A DNA stretch of 23,756 nucleotides from a bacterium (GTDB lineage Bacteria; Hydrothermota; Tepidihabitantia; Tepidihabitantales; Tepidihabitantaceae), in the NCBI GenBank assembly GCA_046485285.1, contig JAWOHE010000019.1, forward strand, positions 1-23,756, given 5' to 3'. Under the pieces are notes generated by a model. The model did not search any database and was not told where the DNA came from. It saw only the letters and a list, made by a program, of their open reading frames with translations. Positions 7,536 to 16,405 of this stretch are shown piece after piece. Position numbers and translations under genes: made by a program. The first letter of the stretch is position 1; every line of letters starts with the position of its first letter.

Positions 7536-8485
7536 CAGGGCTTCCTCACCCGGGCAATGAAGAACGCCTCGGTGTCGTTGTCCTGCGGCAGTATCCGCCG
7601 CGCGTTCGCGACACCGGGCGGGAAGGTAGCGCCGCCCCAGCCGCCCAGCGCCGACCGCATCGTGAAGCCCGCCAGTGCCGCCGGCTCGACCGCCGCCTCC
7701 GGGAACCGCTCGAGCAGGTAGGCGAGCACGACCTCGTTCTCCTCCGGCGCAACCGTGCAGGTCGAATAGACCATCGTCCCGCCCGGCCGGACGGCGCGGT
7801 AGCCCGCCACGATCAGCCCCTTCTGCAACCGCTCGAACTTGCGGATTGCCTCGAGCGACCAGCGGTCCAGGATCGACGCGGTCCGGCGCATGATCCCCTC
7901 GCAGGTACAGGGCGCGTCCACCAGCACCCGGTCGCAGGTTCCCTCAAGCTCGCGGGCGAGCTTGATGCCGTCCATCCGGCAGACGCAGACATTCAGACAG
8001 CCGGCCCGGTCGACGTTGCCGATGAGCCCGCGCACCCGGCCGCGCGAGAAGTCGTTGGCAATCAGCAGGCCCCGGTTGTCCATCATCGCCGCCAGCTGGG
8101 TGGTCTTGGAGCCGGGCGCGGCGGTCAGGTCGAGCACGGTCTCGCCCGGCTCCGGCGCGAGCACCAGCGGCGGGACCATCGAAGCCGCGTCCTGCGCGTA
8201 GACCAGCCCGATGAAGTGCTCGAGCCGCTTGCCGATTCCCGAGCCGTCACGGAGCGTGAATGCCAGCTCCCACCACGGAACCGGTTCCGGCGCGAGGTCG
8301 GCCATCCAGCCGAGCGCCTCCTCCCGGGTCGCCTTGAGCGTGTTCACCCGGACCGTGGTGCGGAGCGGACGCACCATCGCATCGAAGAACGCCTGCCGGT
8401 CTTCGTGAATCGGTCCATACCGCTCCACGAACTCGTCCGGCAGCTTCAGCTCCCGCCGCTTGCGGGTGCCTGTATCAGACGCCAC
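7535..8485 (-). CDS. RsmB/RsmF/NOP2-family RNA cytosine-C5 methyltransferase
   Basis: QDAASM, VLDLTAAPGSKTTQ, LVDAPCTCEG (motif IV Cys), YSTCT..PEENE (motif VI Cys), R.LP....EAFFIA. Start placed at the GTG at 8485, overlapping the upstream TAG. Confidence 0.93.
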   Translation of the reverse strand: MASDTGTRKRRELKLPDEFVERYGPIHEDRQAFFDAMVRPLRTTVRVNTLKATREEALGWMADLAPEPVPWWELAFTLRDGSGIGKRLEHFIGLVYAQDAASMVPPLVLAPEPGETVLDLTAAPGSKTTQLAAMMDNRGLLIANDFSRGRVRGLIGNVDRAGCLNVCVCRMDGIKLARELEGTCDRVLVDAPCTCEGIMRRTASILDRWSLEAIRKFERLQKGLIVAGYRAVRPGGTMVYSTCTVAPEENEVVLAYLLERFPEAAVEPAALAGFTMRSALGGWGGATFPPGVANARRILPQDNDTEAFFIARVRKP

Positions 8486-11094
8486 TACCTCACCACCACC
8501 ACGCGGCGGGCAGCTGACCACGCGTCGCCCTCTTGCGTGCGCATGAAGTACGCACCGGGCGCGAGATGGCTGATGTCATTGGCACCCTCGACGAGTCTCA
8601 TGACGCGCCTGCCGGCGACATCACGCAACTCGCCGACTGCGCGGCCGGAAGCCGTCTTCAAAGTCAAGGCCTCCCGCACGATGGTCGCGGGCCTGGCCTG
8701 GAACACTGGAGTCCATCCGAGAGGCTCCCCGACACCTGCCCTGAGGTTCGCCTTGGCCCAGATACGATAGCTGTTGTAGGCACGCCCATCCACTACACCG
8801 GCCCAGCCACGGTATGCCAGCAGCATCCTGCCGCCCTCGCCGCACGCGAGGCTCGGAAAGCCCTGCGTGCCCGACTGAGAGACCAGCAACTCGCGCCGGA
8901 TAGGCACGAAATCCCGAGTGAACCACAACCCCTGAACGCGTCCCCACCCCCAGCCGTAGAGGTAGTTGTCACCGTCAGACGCCAGTGAGCCTGTCCCGTA
9001 TATGACGTTTTCCACGTAGTCCACAAGCTCAATGCCGCCCGGGTCAAGTACGATGCCCTCGATGGTGACCCGCGAACCTCTTATGCTGTGCCCGCGTAGT
9101 TCGTAGCACTCCCAAGTGACTACGAAGTTGTCACCATCGAATCCGACCTCAGGTTGGCCACTGCCATACCCCGCGGACACCGAGAGCAGTAACCCTGCAG
9201 TGTCTAGTACCTCCCCGGCGGACGTGATCCTCGCTGCATAGATTTCCCTAAAGCGCTCCCACGCCACGAGGAACACCGGGTCACCCCAGGCGACCTCGGG
9301 GCCGTAACTGTACGTGCTGCCGGGCGTCAGAGGTATGCCCTCGGGATCAAGCACACAACCGCCGGTACTCACTCGGCTGACCCGCACCTCGCCCGGAGCC
9401 TGCCAGGCAACGAGGAAGAGCGTGTCGTTGCCCGCCACGGCGGGTACGCCCCACCACGCCACCTGAGATGAAACTAGTACTCCCGCCGTGTCAAGTACCT
9501 GCCCCTGCTGCGTCACGCGAGCAGCGTATATGTCAGCAGGCCACCCATCGCGGGTATCGGCCCAGGCGATGAGATAGCAGCTATCGCTTGATGCGACAAC
9601 GGGACACTTCTGGTCACCCTCGGCGCACGACACGAGGACGGGAGACGAATCCAGGAGCACACCTGCGGCCGAAACGCGCACCGCGTAGAGGTCATACTGG
9701 GGATACCTTCGCAGGTCGCTCCACACCACCATGTATCCATCATCGCTCGCCCCGACTGCCGGCTCCGCCTGTTCGTGAGCAATACCGTCCGTCACCATGA
9801 CACCCGCCGTATCCAACACCTCACCGCTGGACGCCACCCGGGCCGCGTAGACGTCACAGTCCTCCCCCCTCGCGTCCTGCCACGCAGCCATCCAGCCATC
9901 CCCAAGGGAAGCGACGTCGGGAAGCAGGCGGTTGCGCGAGGCGGTCGATACGACAATGCCCGCGCTGTCAAGAAGGACCCCGGTGAAGCTCACTCGCGCG
10001 CCATAGATGTCCTCATCCGTACCGCGGCGCTTGTCATCCCAGACCACGAGCAGGGTGCTGCCGTCCGAGGTGACCACCGGGTGGTTTTGGTCTCCTTCCG
10101 CGACCGAGACAAGCACACCCGCAGTGTCAAGCACCTCACCTTCGGGGCTCACGCGAGCACCGTAGATGTCGAGGTCAACGCCTCCGCGCAGGTCAGCCCA
10201 GGCCACGAACCAGTCGGTGCCGCTGGACGCAACCGCCGGGCAACGCGGCGCGCCCAGTGTCGCCGAAATGGGAATCCCCGCGGTATCAAGGACTGCTCCT
10301 TCGGCGGTAACACGGGCGCCGTAAATATTGCTGCCCTGGCCGCGGTCTTCTCCCCAGACGACAAGGACAGTTCCGCTGTCCGAAGCGACCGCCGGTCGAT
10401 ACCCCCTCGCCGTAACACGCACCGTGTCGTGAATCAAACCCTCGGGCGACACCCACGCGACGTAGACACCTTGATTCCATCTATCTTGCCACGCCACTCG
10501 AAAGCCCAGACTGGCAGCAGCCACGGACGGTGACCCCCCGCCGCCAAGCCGGATGCCGCGGTCGAGCACCTGCCCCGCATCGCTCACCCTGGAGAGATAG
10601 ACTCGGTAGTCAACAAGATCCGAAGGATATTCATTGTACGAATAACCCCAGACCACGAGGAACTGCGAACCGTCGTGTGCGATTCGAACCTGCCAGCCCC
10701 AGGCTACATTTCCTACAATTTCCGAAATGGTGAAGCCGCCGGGATCAAGCGCCTCCCCTTCGGGCGTGAAGCGGGCTCCAAACAGCATCAGCCGATAGGC
10801 GTCATACCAGACAACCAGATAGTTGCTGACCCCCGCGCATATCGCAGCCAGGATCTGATCCCCGGAAGCGGGAAAACGAACGACGGTCGTATCCAGAAGG
10901 AACTCGCCCCAGTCCGTGCCTTCGTCGACCCGCAGACGCGATGACGCGTGGGTCTGCACGCCACCGTGTGGAAACCCGCTTCGGGTCCGCACAACCGCGC
11001 TCAACGTATCCAAGCCCGCTCCATGCGGAATCCCACTTGCCGCTGCCCACGCACACAGCACCGGCATCGCGATGATCAGCGCCAACCACTTCAT
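8485..11094 (-). CDS. Secreted tandem-repeat (probable double beta-propeller) protein with T9SS-like C-terminal domain
   Basis: AGGAGG RBS, then signal peptide MKWLALIIAMPVLCAWA. About 14 repeats of P.VAS.G...LV.W.D.R.....IY.ARV...G.VLD..G..VS. C-terminal GVGE...ATIVR...DVAGRRVM...GANDISHLAPGAYF...RRVVVVR. Confidence 0.85.
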   Translation of the reverse strand: MKWLALIIAMPVLCAWAAASGIPHGAGLDTLSAVVRTRSGFPHGGVQTHASSRLRVDEGTDWGEFLLDTTVVRFPASGDQILAAICAGVSNYLVVWYDAYRLMLFGARFTPEGEALDPGGFTISEIVGNVAWGWQVRIAHDGSQFLVVWGYSYNEYPSDLVDYRVYLSRVSDAGQVLDRGIRLGGGGSPSVAAASLGFRVAWQDRWNQGVYVAWVSPEGLIHDTVRVTARGYRPAVASDSGTVLVVWGEDRGQGSNIYGARVTAEGAVLDTAGIPISATLGAPRCPAVASSGTDWFVAWADLRGGVDLDIYGARVSPEGEVLDTAGVLVSVAEGDQNHPVVTSDGSTLLVVWDDKRRGTDEDIYGARVSFTGVLLDSAGIVVSTASRNRLLPDVASLGDGWMAAWQDARGEDCDVYAARVASSGEVLDTAGVMVTDGIAHEQAEPAVGASDDGYMVVWSDLRRYPQYDLYAVRVSAAGVLLDSSPVLVSCAEGDQKCPVVASSDSCYLIAWADTRDGWPADIYAARVTQQGQVLDTAGVLVSSQVAWWGVPAVAGNDTLFLVAWQAPGEVRVSRVSTGGCVLDPEGIPLTPGSTYSYGPEVAWGDPVFLVAWERFREIYAARITSAGEVLDTAGLLLSVSAGYGSGQPEVGFDGDNFVVTWECYELRGHSIRGSRVTIEGIVLDPGGIELVDYVENVIYGTGSLASDGDNYLYGWGWGRVQGLWFTRDFVPIRRELLVSQSGTQGFPSLACGEGGRMLLAYRGWAGVVDGRAYNSYRIWAKANLRAGVGEPLGWTPVFQARPATIVREALTLKTASGRAVGELRDVAGRRVMRLVEGANDISHLAPGAYFMRTQEGDAWSAARRVVVVR

Positions 11095-11128
11095 GTCCAC
11101 CTCCTACTCCAGGCCGCGGTTACGCGGC

Positions 11129-12244
11129 TCATCTATCTTTATCCCTGTCACCACCGACGCCAACCGGCTCGGGCCGGTTGTGGAAGCGCTCGAGCCGACG
11201 GAAGGCATCGAGCTTCTCCCTGTCACCAAGCTTCGATTCCCGAATGCCGCGCTCGAGTATCGCTGTCGCCCGGTCGTACCCGGCGCGGTCCACCGGGTAG
11301 GGAAAGCCGTCCTTGCCGCCGACCGCGAACGAGTAGGTCACCGGGTCGCGAAAGCTCGGGGCCGCGCCGTGAACGACGTCGGCAATCAGCGCCAGCGTCC
11401 GCACCGTCTTCGGCCCGACCCCGGGCACGAGCAGCAGCTCGTCGAACCCGGCCGGCGGACACTCGTAGGTCGCGAGCATGGCCTTGTGCAGGTAGCGGGG
11501 CGAGATGTCGGCCCGTAGCACCGGGTGGCGGTCGGGCAGTTCGAGCCGCCGCACCCGGTCGAGCGCGGCCAGGGTCTCATCCGGCGGCCGGGCCGCCAGT
11601 TCGACCGATGCCTGCCGGCTCGCGCCCGCCTCGGCCGCGACCATGTTCAGGGGCGTTGTCCGGTTGTCGCAGGCAATCGCCTCGTGCGGCTCGATCACGA
11701 AGTCGGTGAGCCCCTCGGACAGCCAGTGGTAGCGGCGCGCCCGGCCGGTCTCGACGTTCATCCCCTGCTGGACCACCGCCCACGCGCCCGCGGTCGTGCC
11801 GAAGAAGACGTGCTGGTAGACCTGGAAGCCATCCTGCAGGCCGGCCGAGTCAACCTTCGCGCTCAGCCGGCTTGCCCGGACCAGGCCGTCGCCGTCGAGC
11901 CCGAATCGCTCGGCGAAGCCCGAGATCTGCCCCGGCGTCTTCCGGCTCGCCGCGCCCTTGCCGCCGCAGGCGTAGAGCCCGAGCGCGGCCTCGTCGCCCT
12001 TGACCGCCTCCTTGATCGCGCCGCAGACCGTCGTCGTGACGCCCGAGGAATGCCAGTCGAAGCCGAGCACGCAGCCGAAGCTCTGGAACCAGACCGGGTC
12101 CGACAGCCGCCGGAGCAGCTCGGCCGCGCCGTAGTCAGCGACAACGATCTGGACGACGGCCCGCGACAGCCGCACCATCCGCTCGAACAGCCAGCGGGGA
12201 GCGCTGCCCCAGTGCAGCGGCAGGTCAGCGATTCCGCGTCTCAC
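11129..12244 (-). CDS. DUF763 domain-containing protein
   Basis: G.ADLPLH.G.AP.WLF.RM, WFQSFGCVLGFDWHSSGVTT, SAKVDSA.LQDG, WAVVQQGMN, ARRYHW, HhH-like PGVGPKT, FAVGGKDG.PYPV. Confidence 0.92.
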   Translation of the reverse strand: MRRGIADLPLHWGSAPRWLFERMVRLSRAVVQIVVADYGAAELLRRLSDPVWFQSFGCVLGFDWHSSGVTTTVCGAIKEAVKGDEAALGLYACGGKGAASRKTPGQISGFAERFGLDGDGLVRASRLSAKVDSAGLQDGFQVYQHVFFGTTAGAWAVVQQGMNVETGRARRYHWLSEGLTDFVIEPHEAIACDNRTTPLNMVAAEAGASRQASVELAARPPDETLAALDRVRRLELPDRHPVLRADISPRYLHKAMLATYECPPAGFDELLLVPGVGPKTVRTLALIADVVHGAAPSFRDPVTYSFAVGGKDGFPYPVDRAGYDRATAILERGIRESKLGDREKLDAFRRLERFHNRPEPVGVGGDRDKDR

Positions 12245-12250
12245 CGCGCC

Positions 12251-12278
12251 ATTCTAGACCGCCGGCCCGCCCGCGCAA
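12251..12278 (-). promoter_or_regulatory. Putative sigma70 promoter giving a leaderless DUF763 mRNA
   Basis: TTGCGC-N16-TAGAAT, with the -10 box only 6 nt from the GTG start and no SD. Confidence 0.6.
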
Positions 12279-12314
12279 GCGGGATGGGTCGCGTTGCACC
12301 TGAATACCCGGCCG

Positions 12315-13892
12315 CTACCGCTGAAGCACGACCCTGCGCACGCCCGGCCTGCCCCGGCTCTCCTCCCCCACCCTGAGGAAATACACGCCCGGCGCGAGGC
12401 GCGAGACGTCGTTCGAGCCCGGCTTGAGCTCCATCACCTTCCGGCCGGATACGTCCAGCAGTTCCATCCGGTCTCCCGTCCCCGGTCCCCGGTCTTCCAT
12501 CCTCAGCACCCCCCGCACGATGCCCGGGAGCCGGCCGGCCGATGAGTATCCCGACCTCCCGGACTCGCCCACCCCGATGACTTCCACCGGGACCCGGTGA
12601 ACGATGACCGGGTTGCGCGTTGCCGGACCCTCGCCGTAGACGTGGAACCCGGCGACGAGGTCGACCAGGTAGGTCACCACCAGTGTGTCCGCGTCAAGAC
12701 GGTCAACCACGCAGGGGAATCGCTTCGAGGTTGAGTCCGGGGTCGTCATCGACGCGGCCGCCTGCCAGGACGCGCCGTTGTCGTACGCGTCGCGGGACCA
12801 CCAGATGTCGGCCCGGAGCCGGTCGGTCCGGTGCTCCACGTTCTCGCCGTCGAACTCCTCCCACGCGACGTACAGCCCGCCCGAGGCGTCCTCGCCGATG
12901 CTCGGGCGGCAGGCGTAGTAACCGTTGTACCCGACCGGGGCGAGGAGTTCTCCCTCTGCCCGGTGAACCCGCGACCACCGCGGCTCGTTGTCGCGGCACC
13001 AGTGCCAGATCTCCGACGGCACGACCAGCATCAGTCCGTCCACGACCGGCTGGACCCCGGCGGCGAAATGCAGCCGGTCGCCCCGGTCGTAGTATGGGAA
13101 GGCCGAGAGCTGGGTGAATGCCGCGACCGTATCACCGCCGAACGCCGGCGGCGGCGGCAGGCTTTCGGTCGCGAGCCAGGTCGCGCCCCGGTCGGTGGAC
13201 TCGCGGTGATAGGCCCGCCACGGCAGGAACGAATCCTCACTGCCCGACCACGAAGCAACGACCCGGCCACTGACCCGCGAGGCGGCAATGACCTGGCCCT
13301 GGTACCCGGAGACGCCGAGTTGGACCGGCGGGTTCCAGTTACACCAGGTCGTGCACCGACTGTAGAACAGCGCGTCTCTCGTCGCGTCGTCGAGCATCAG
13401 GATATGGACCCAGTCGGTGTCACCGGTCGCGACGACCGGCCAGACATAGCCCTCAGGCCCCACGCAGTACTCGAACAACCCGCCACCCGCCAAGAGGTCC
13501 CGCATCAGCAGCGGATGAAGCGGCGTGCCGGCATGCGCCGCGAAAAGCGCGGCCCCGGTCAGCGGGTTCGCCGCCAGGTTGCCGTACCCTGCGCGCTCAC
13601 CGGGGATGACATCGACACCCGACTGCATGTGGTCCGGGTCAATCCAGTTCCACTCGCGGGTGGCGTAGTCGTAGTAGTTGTAGCGCGTGTTGCGGTCCGG
13701 GTATGGAGTCTGCTCCGAGGCGGAGTACATCCAGCTCACGTGGACCCCGTGGCCCTCGGAGTTTATGAGCGTCCTCAGCACAGGACCATTGAGCTGCCAG
13801 TCAACCGTCGTGCCGCCGACCGTGTCGACGCGGCCGGCCTGGACCGGGGCGACCGCGAGCGCGGCGACGACCACCGCAAGCATCTTGGGCAC
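12315..13892 (-). CDS. Secreted Asp-box/BNR (sialidase-like propeller) protein with T9SS-like C-terminal domain
   Basis: Signal peptide ending VQA; Asp-box STDRGATW and degenerate DNGASW. C-terminal GVGE...IVRGVL...LLDVSGRKVMELKPGSNDVSRLAPGVYF...RRVVLQR. TAAGGAGG RBS. Confidence 0.85.
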   Translation of the reverse strand: MPKMLAVVVAALAVAPVQAGRVDTVGGTTVDWQLNGPVLRTLINSEGHGVHVSWMYSASEQTPYPDRNTRYNYYDYATREWNWIDPDHMQSGVDVIPGERAGYGNLAANPLTGAALFAAHAGTPLHPLLMRDLLAGGGLFEYCVGPEGYVWPVVATGDTDWVHILMLDDATRDALFYSRCTTWCNWNPPVQLGVSGYQGQVIAASRVSGRVVASWSGSEDSFLPWRAYHRESTDRGATWLATESLPPPPAFGGDTVAAFTQLSAFPYYDRGDRLHFAAGVQPVVDGLMLVVPSEIWHWCRDNEPRWSRVHRAEGELLAPVGYNGYYACRPSIGEDASGGLYVAWEEFDGENVEHRTDRLRADIWWSRDAYDNGASWQAAASMTTPDSTSKRFPCVVDRLDADTLVVTYLVDLVAGFHVYGEGPATRNPVIVHRVPVEVIGVGESGRSGYSSAGRLPGIVRGVLRMEDRGPGTGDRMELLDVSGRKVMELKPGSNDVSRLAPGVYFLRVGEESRGRPGVRRVVLQR

Positions 13893-13912
13893 GTTTCCTC
13901 CTTAGGTACGAG

Positions 13913-13942
13913 ATTATAAGCCCTCGCGGCTGTCGCTGTCAA
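13913..13942 (-). promoter_or_regulatory. Consensus sigma70 promoter of the secreted Asp-box protein
   Basis: TTGACA-N18-TATAAT followed by TAAGGAGG and GTG. Confidence 0.8.
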
Positions 13943-14130
13943 GCTCTCGCGCCGTCCGCCCGGCCACCGTCCTGCCGCTGCGGCCAATGCCGAGCCGCAC
14001 TTCCGCGGGCACCTGCGCGAGGCGCTGTCGGGTCTTGCCGAATCCTGCCCGTCTCGCGGCCGGTCAAACCCGGTACCGGAAGAAGCAAGCCTCTGTTGGC
14101 GCGGAGATTGCAGAAGTTAAGGAGACTGTC

Positions 14131-14526
14131 GTGAAGACGACGAAGAGAGAATCGGCTGCCCGAGAGCAAGAGCCAGGCACGAGATCAGACAAGGCGGACG
14201 GTGAAAGCGCCGTGCTTGCGGCCATAGCCGCGATGCAGGAACCGTATCGCGCCATCGGCAAACGACTGCACACAATCATCAGGTCCAGCGCGCCGGGCCT
14301 CGTACCGAGAGTCTGGTACGGGATGCCCGCGTACACCCGGGACGGCAAGGTCGTCTGCTTCTTCCGCGGCGCGGACAAGTTCAAGGAGAGATACCTGACG
14401 CTCGGGTTCAACGACAACGCGAACCTCGACGAAGGACGAATGTGGCCGGTCGCCTTCGCGCTCACGGAACTGACCGCCGCCGAAGAAGCGCGGGTCGCCG
14501 CTCTCGTCGTGAAGGCGGCCAGCTGA
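14131..14526 (+). CDS. DUF1801 (YdhG-like) protein
   Basis: VLAAIAAM...R.IG.RLH.II...[43 protein letters not shown]. The AAGGAG RBS supports a GTG start at 14131. Confidence 0.88.
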   Translation: MKTTKRESAAREQEPGTRSDKADGESAVLAAIAAMQEPYRAIGKRLHTIIRSSAPGLVPRVWYGMPAYTRDGKVVCFFRGADKFKERYLTLGFNDNANLDEGRMWPVAFALTELTAAEEARVAALVVKAAS

Positions 14527-14591
14527 AGACGTCAGGGTCTTCGCAGCGTCACCCTCGCTTCCCCTCCCTGACGCCTGACGCCCTGCCCGGT

Positions 14592-14619
14592 TTGACTGTC
14601 CCGGCCTGACTTCTATACT
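14592..14619 (+). promoter_or_regulatory. Putative sigma70 promoter of the ABC permease pair
   Basis: TTGACT-N16-TATACT, 18 nt before the ATG. Confidence 0.65.
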
Positions 14620-14637
14620 CGGCCGAACCGAGAGCCA

Positions 14638-15588
14638 ATGAAAGCCCGTACCCGCGAGGCCGTTGCCGCCTGCCTCTACCTCCTGCCCGCGCTCGCGGTA
14701 CTTGCCGCGTTCCGCATCGTCCCGATAGTCCTCTCGGTCCGCATCAGCCTCTACGACTGGGGAATGGCCGGCCCGCGCGCCTTCGTCGGGCTCGGCAACT
14801 ACCTCGCGGTGCTCCGCGACCCGGTCTTCTGGAAGTCGCTCGTCAATACCGGCTGGTACATGGCGCTGGAGGTCCCGCTCCTCGTCTTCATCTCGCTCTT
14901 CGTCGCGGTCCTGCTCAACCAGCGCATCCGCGGCCTCGGCGCCTACCGTACCATCTACTACCTGCCGGTCGTGACCTCGATTGTCGCGGTCTCGATCGTC
15001 TGGCGCTGGCTACTCCACCCCGACCGGGGGCTGGTCAACTACATCCTGTCCTGGTTCGGCGCCGGCGGCCTGCGCTGGCTCCAGGACCCGCGCGGCCTGT
15101 TCCAGCTCATCCTCGGCGACACCGGCAACCGCATCCCCGGACTGCTCCGCGGCCCGTCGGTCGCGCTCTGCTCGCTGGTGATGATGGGCGTCTGGAAAGG
15201 CCTCGGCTACAACATCGTCATCTTCCTCGCCGGGCTCCAGAACATCCCGAAGACCTACTACGAGGCCGCCCGCATCGACGGCGCCGGCCGCTGGCGCACC
15301 TTCCGCGACATCACCTGGCCGCTCATCTCGCCGACGACCTACTACATCGTGATAATGAGCTGCATCGTCGCCTTCGAGACCTTCGCCCAGGTCTGGATAA
15401 TGACCGGCCCGCCCGCCGGCGGCCCGCTCTCGACGACCAAGGTCGTGATGTACTACTTCTACGAACAGAGCTTCGAACTCTGGCGGCTCGGCTACGGCGC
15501 CTCGATTGCCTTCTTCGCCTTTATCATCATCCTCGCGCTGACGCTCATCCAGCGCCTCGTCCTCGAACGCCGGGTTCACTATGGCTAG
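14638..15588 (+). CDS. Carbohydrate ABC transporter permease (MalF/UgpA-like)
   Basis: FVGLGNY, YRTIYYLPVV, EAA loop YYEAARIDGAGRW..F..IT.P, LGYGASIA. Confidence 0.94.
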   Translation: MKARTREAVAACLYLLPALAVLAAFRIVPIVLSVRISLYDWGMAGPRAFVGLGNYLAVLRDPVFWKSLVNTGWYMALEVPLLVFISLFVAVLLNQRIRGLGAYRTIYYLPVVTSIVAVSIVWRWLLHPDRGLVNYILSWFGAGGLRWLQDPRGLFQLILGDTGNRIPGLLRGPSVALCSLVMMGVWKGLGYNIVIFLAGLQNIPKTYYEAARIDGAGRWRTFRDITWPLISPTTYYIVIMSCIVAFETFAQVWIMTGPPAGGPLSTTKVVMYYFYEQSFELWRLGYGASIAFFAFIIILALTLIQRLVLERRVHYG

Positions 15589-16405
15589 GCCCCGCGTTCG
15601 CAACCTGCCGGTCCACCTCCTGCTCGCCCTCGGCGGGGTCGCGATGGTCCTGCCCTTCTTCTGGATGGTCTCGACCTCGCTCAAGACCCCGCTCGAGGCC
15701 CTCAGGTTCCCGCCGACCTGGCTCCCGGCCGCCGCCCAGTGGTCCAACTACGTCGAGGTCTTCCGGCAGATTGCCCTGCTCCGCTACATGGCCAACACGG
15801 TCTTCGTCACCTTCGCCACCCTGATGGGCGTCCTCCTCACCGGCATCCTCGCCGCCTACGCCTTCGCCCGCTTCCGCTTCCCTGCCCGCGAGGCGACCTT
15901 CATGCTCTTCCTCGCGCTGATGATGATACCCCTGCCGGTCTACCTCGTGCCCAGCTATATGATCCTCTTCCGGCTCGGCTGGATCGACACCTACGCCGCG
16001 ATGATCGTACCCTGGACCGTCAACATCTTCGGCATCTTCCTGCTCCGCCAGCACTTCAGGCAGATTCCCGAGGACCTTTTCGACGCGGCCCGCATCGACG
16101 GCTGCTCGCGCCTCGGCACGCTCTTCCGGGTCGTCCTCCCGCTCTCCAGGCCGCCGATCGTCACCATCACCGTCTTCAACGTCATCGGGAGCTGGAACAG
16201 CTTCCTCTGGCCGCTCATCGTCACCAACTCGGACCGGATCAGGCCGCTCCAGGTCGGCCTCGCCTACTTCTCCCGCGAGCAGAGCACCAACTACACCCTG
16301 CTGATGGCCGCCACGACGATGGCGATAATCCCGCTCGTCGTCCTGTTCTTCTTCGCCCAGAAGCAGATAATCCAGTCCCAGGCCCGCAGCGGTCTCAAGG
16401 AATAG
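15581..16405 (+). CDS. Carbohydrate ABC transporter permease (MalG/UgpE-like)
   Basis: PFFWMVSTSLK, AAYAFARF.FP, IP.DLFDAARIDG, WNSFLWPL, FFFAQKQII. Confidence 0.94.
   Translation: MARPRVRNLPVHLLLALGGVAMVLPFFWMVSTSLKTPLEALRFPPTWLPAAAQWSNYVEVFRQIALLRYMANTVFVTFATLMGVLLTGILAAYAFARFRFPAREATFMLFLALMMIPLPVYLVPSYMILFRLGWIDTYAAMIVPWTVNIFGIFLLRQHFRQIPEDLFDAARIDGCSRLGTLFRVVLPLSRPPIVTITVFNVIGSWNSFLWPLIVTNSDRIRPLQVGLAYFSREQSTNYTLLMAATTMAIIPLVVLFFFAQKQIIQSQARSGLKE

Noticed and set aside
8750-10900. CRISPR array or DGR-type nucleotide repeats
   Set aside because: The repeats are diverged protein-coding units; no identical spaced repeats, cas genes or reverse transcriptase occur in the window.
13987-14130. 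N-terminal extension of the DUF1801 ORF
   Set aside because: The RBS supports the GTG at 14131.
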